From Klebsormidium nitens (lineage: Eukaryota > Plantae > Klebsormidiophyceae): DNA of 64,000 nt. The DNA is taken from assembly GCA_000708835.1 (NCBI GenBank), contig DF237219.1:1-64000 (forward strand), written 5' to 3'. The translations under genes and the position numbers were made by a program. The notes beneath the pieces were generated by a model. The model saw only the letters and a program-made list of their open reading frames with translations, did no database searches and was not told the DNA's origin. Shown here piece by piece: positions 61,386 to 64,000 of this stretch (its first letter is position 1; the number at the start of each line of letters is the position of its first letter).

Positions 61386-64000
61386 ATGGACGTGCCGGGG
61401 CCATCTGAAGTGGTCCAGGCCAGCCCATCCCAGCCGCCCTCCTCCAGTGCATCAGAGGGTCATCAGCAGCCCGCCAGCGAAATGCTGCCGCCGGCCCAGC
61501 ACTCATTGCCTGCTTCATCTCCCATAACCACTAGTAGCGCACCGGGCATGCAGACCGTGCTGGCCCAGGTTGCAGACTTCAACCAGGTGCCCCAGGGCCT
61601 TGTGTTAGCAGCCGAGCAGTACCTCCTAGCATCCGAACGAGGGGTGCAAGGAGGGAGGCCCGCACCACATGGGGCGGTTGTTCAAGAAGGGACTGAGAAA
61701 AGCGGGGCCACCGCACAGCCCGTGCGCAACACGCCTGCTTCCATGGCCACAGGCCTTCCAAGTGCTGCGCCAGGGACCTCCTCTGAGAAAGGTAAAATGC
61801 TGTGAGGGTGACCCCGCCCAGCATCAGCCCGCCCTCATCACAGCTAAGCATGCACATTTGGTGACTAGTACTAGCATTGATAAGAGGAGGTCTTGGAGAG
61901 TAATCTTGTCGATCCTACTGATTTGTTCAGTTCTGATTCAGGGCTCCAGGGCTGGACAAGTCCCAACCCACTCTCCAACCATCTTGCAGGAAGTGGCACA
62001 GCCCGTCATGTCAGCGCCGCTGTTCAAACAGGCCCACCAACAGCTGCAAGCGCAGGCGTGCAAGCAGGAGGGGGGCTGCAACCGATCATGTCTGGTAAGC
62101 TTTGCAGCCGCCCTGCCAGACTGCCCCTGACTTGCAAGGGCAAAGCATGCAGAGGTGGCCAATGTTCATCCAGCCTTCTTGAGGCTGTGCTGCAGCGCCC
62201 AGGTCTGCTGTAATCGGCATTGTGCTGGCTGCACTGCTCCACAATACTTCTTTTCAGGGGCCCTTTTGTTCAGATGCTCTTTCTTTTTGTCTTCTCATCT
62301 TGTCAACCTGTACAGCATTTGTGTACAGCAGCCCTTATATGTTGTTCCTTGTTTGCAGAAGCCCCCACTCAGTACCCTGCCACTGCATCACGCTCTGCCG
62401 GCATTGCCCGGCCCCAGCTGATCTTGCCGCGGCCCCCAACGCCGCGCTCGGTGGGGCTTCCAACTGCCAGCCCAAGATTCTTTCTGCCATCAGGTGAGCC
62501 TTTAAACGTGCATGCTTAATCTGAAGGATTGTACAGGGAATTATTGGACCTGGTTAGAATGCCTTGTCGCAAGTTGCCATCTCGCAAGTTGTAGACCCTG
62601 GGACTGCGCTCGTGCAGGTTGAATCAACCTTCTTTGCCGATGTCACAAAGACGAAACATATGATCTCTTTGCTGCCTTGTGATATTGTCCCTTTGACATC
62701 GATACCCTTCTTTGTCTCGCTTGCTCAGATTTGTGAGCGGTATGACTTCATGAACAAGTTTAGCCACTAGCTGGTGAGGGATGCAGGCTCTTCCATGTTG
62801 CCCAACTCAGCAACGCATAACATGTAAGTGTGGGTTGTCTCTTACAGGCGCTGCCGTCACTGTGACCACCACTCATGGCGCGCATCAGCCACAGGGGCGC
62901 CATCCAGGGCATCCGCGCGGTGGCCCAAACGCTTCTAACGCTGGTCATCCCCCCACAGTGTTTCGCATTGAGCTTAATGCAAACGCCCCTCCCCGCACCC
63001 CTGCTCTGTCCCCCTTGGGAACTCAACCGACCCCTGGGGGCCCCTCTCAACAGTGGGGCGGGCCTGCCGTAACTTCGCTGGGAGGGAATGCAAGCAGTGG
63101 CCCGGTGCCAGGGGCCTTGCAGCCGGGACAGTCAGGGGGCTTGGGCGGGCTTTGGGGCTCTCAGACGCCCCTGTCACAGGGTCCACCCGGTGACTGGCCC
63201 TCAGGCCCTGAGTCCAGCGATGGTAGCGCTAGGCAGGCGCTTGGACCAGAAAGCCTTCCAGCCCTCTACTCTCCACTGTCGTCACCGTACGGCGCGCCCT
63301 CTTTCAGGGACTTCAAGAGCCCCCGGGGCGGGTCGACATTGAGAGCAAGGGGCCGGGGTCGTGGCCGGGGTGGCAGGGGGCGGAGGGGTCCGGAAGACGG
63401 CGGCTTCTTTGGTTCTGCGCTCTCTCCCGGTAAGCCTGCACGTTCGGCTACTGACTGGTCTGGAGACTGCTGAGACAACTAAGCATCGGAGTCGCTCTTC
63501 TTGCACCTTTTTCCCTTTTCAAAGTGCTGATCGCAAGAGTGGTTGAAGACAGTTTAAATAGAACGTCGTAGTTGTTCAAAGCTTTGGAGATCTTTGAAAC
63601 CTTCGGCACATGAATGCTAACGTCTTTCGTTGTCTGTCAAGGGTTACCTCCTAATATTCCGATGGCAGCTGTTCATGCTTCGTCGTATCCGCAGCAGCCT
63701 GGTTGGCGCTCTTGGCTGAATTACTTCTTCTGTCTCGCGCCAGGGTTTTTGCTGGCGTCCACGAACGCAATCCAGGAGGCAGTGCAGCGCACGGTGGCGG
63801 GGATGACCCCCGAGCAGATCCGGCAGGTCGCGCGCCTGTACGGTGTCACAGGGGACACCGTGGACATGCCGTCGCCCAACACCGTCGTCTCACACATGGT
63901 CAACGTCTTCAGCACCTCCGCGGACGCACTTGCCCGCGGGGCGGGGCAGCACCCGCAGGACCCCACCAGGAGAGTGGAGGAGCAGCGGCCGCAGGGGCAG
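61386..64000 (+). CDS. Uncharacterised P/G/S/A-rich protein with an RG-rich box; continues beyond the window
   Basis: In-phase GT-AG exons at ~61386-61791, 61990-62094, 62359-62493, 62848-63428 and 63744-64000+. Contains RARGRGRGRGGRGRRG and a GC3-rich helical last exon (TPEQIRQVARLYGV). The start codon is uncertain. Confidence 0.6.

Noticed and set aside
63721-63966. Cys-rich minus-strand ORF
   Set aside because: Antisense shadow of a plus-strand exon that has an in-phase acceptor and GC3 bias.
1-64000. CRISPR arrays, rRNA, tRNA, transposase or reverse transcriptase ORFs
   Set aside because: No repeat-spacer arrays, cloverleaf structures, rRNA segments or RT/integrase/DDE motifs were seen by eye; tRNAscan or Infernal could still find small RNAs.

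Overview
This is intron-rich eukaryotic DNA with GC-rich exons, GT-AG and occasional GC-AG introns, and two assembly N-gaps. The gene content is plant-like; I infer a streptophyte green alga such as Klebsormidium, but this is not verified. Genes assembled by hand from exons: FIONA1/METTL16, an NSR/RBPMS-type RRM protein, a Kir-fold channel, a Ser-type GST with a frameshifted inverted paralog, LIN37, a CoA-type Nudix hydrolase, an MBOAT wax synthase, a GH38 alpha-mannosidase, a RING-IBR-RCR E3 ligase, an A1 aspartic protease, ARPC5, an F-box/LRR/ankyrin protein, TRAPPC1 and a partial low-complexity gene. The top candidate for novelty is a compact ligase in which RBR-type RING1-IBR domains are joined to a MYCBP2/Highwire-type RING-Cys-Relay module that keeps both catalytic cysteines. 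Also notable: an SPF30-like helical hairpin fused to METTL16, a Kir-like channel lacking the GYG filter, and a TTAA-flanked foldback element. All family assignments rest on recalled motifs; no database searches were run.
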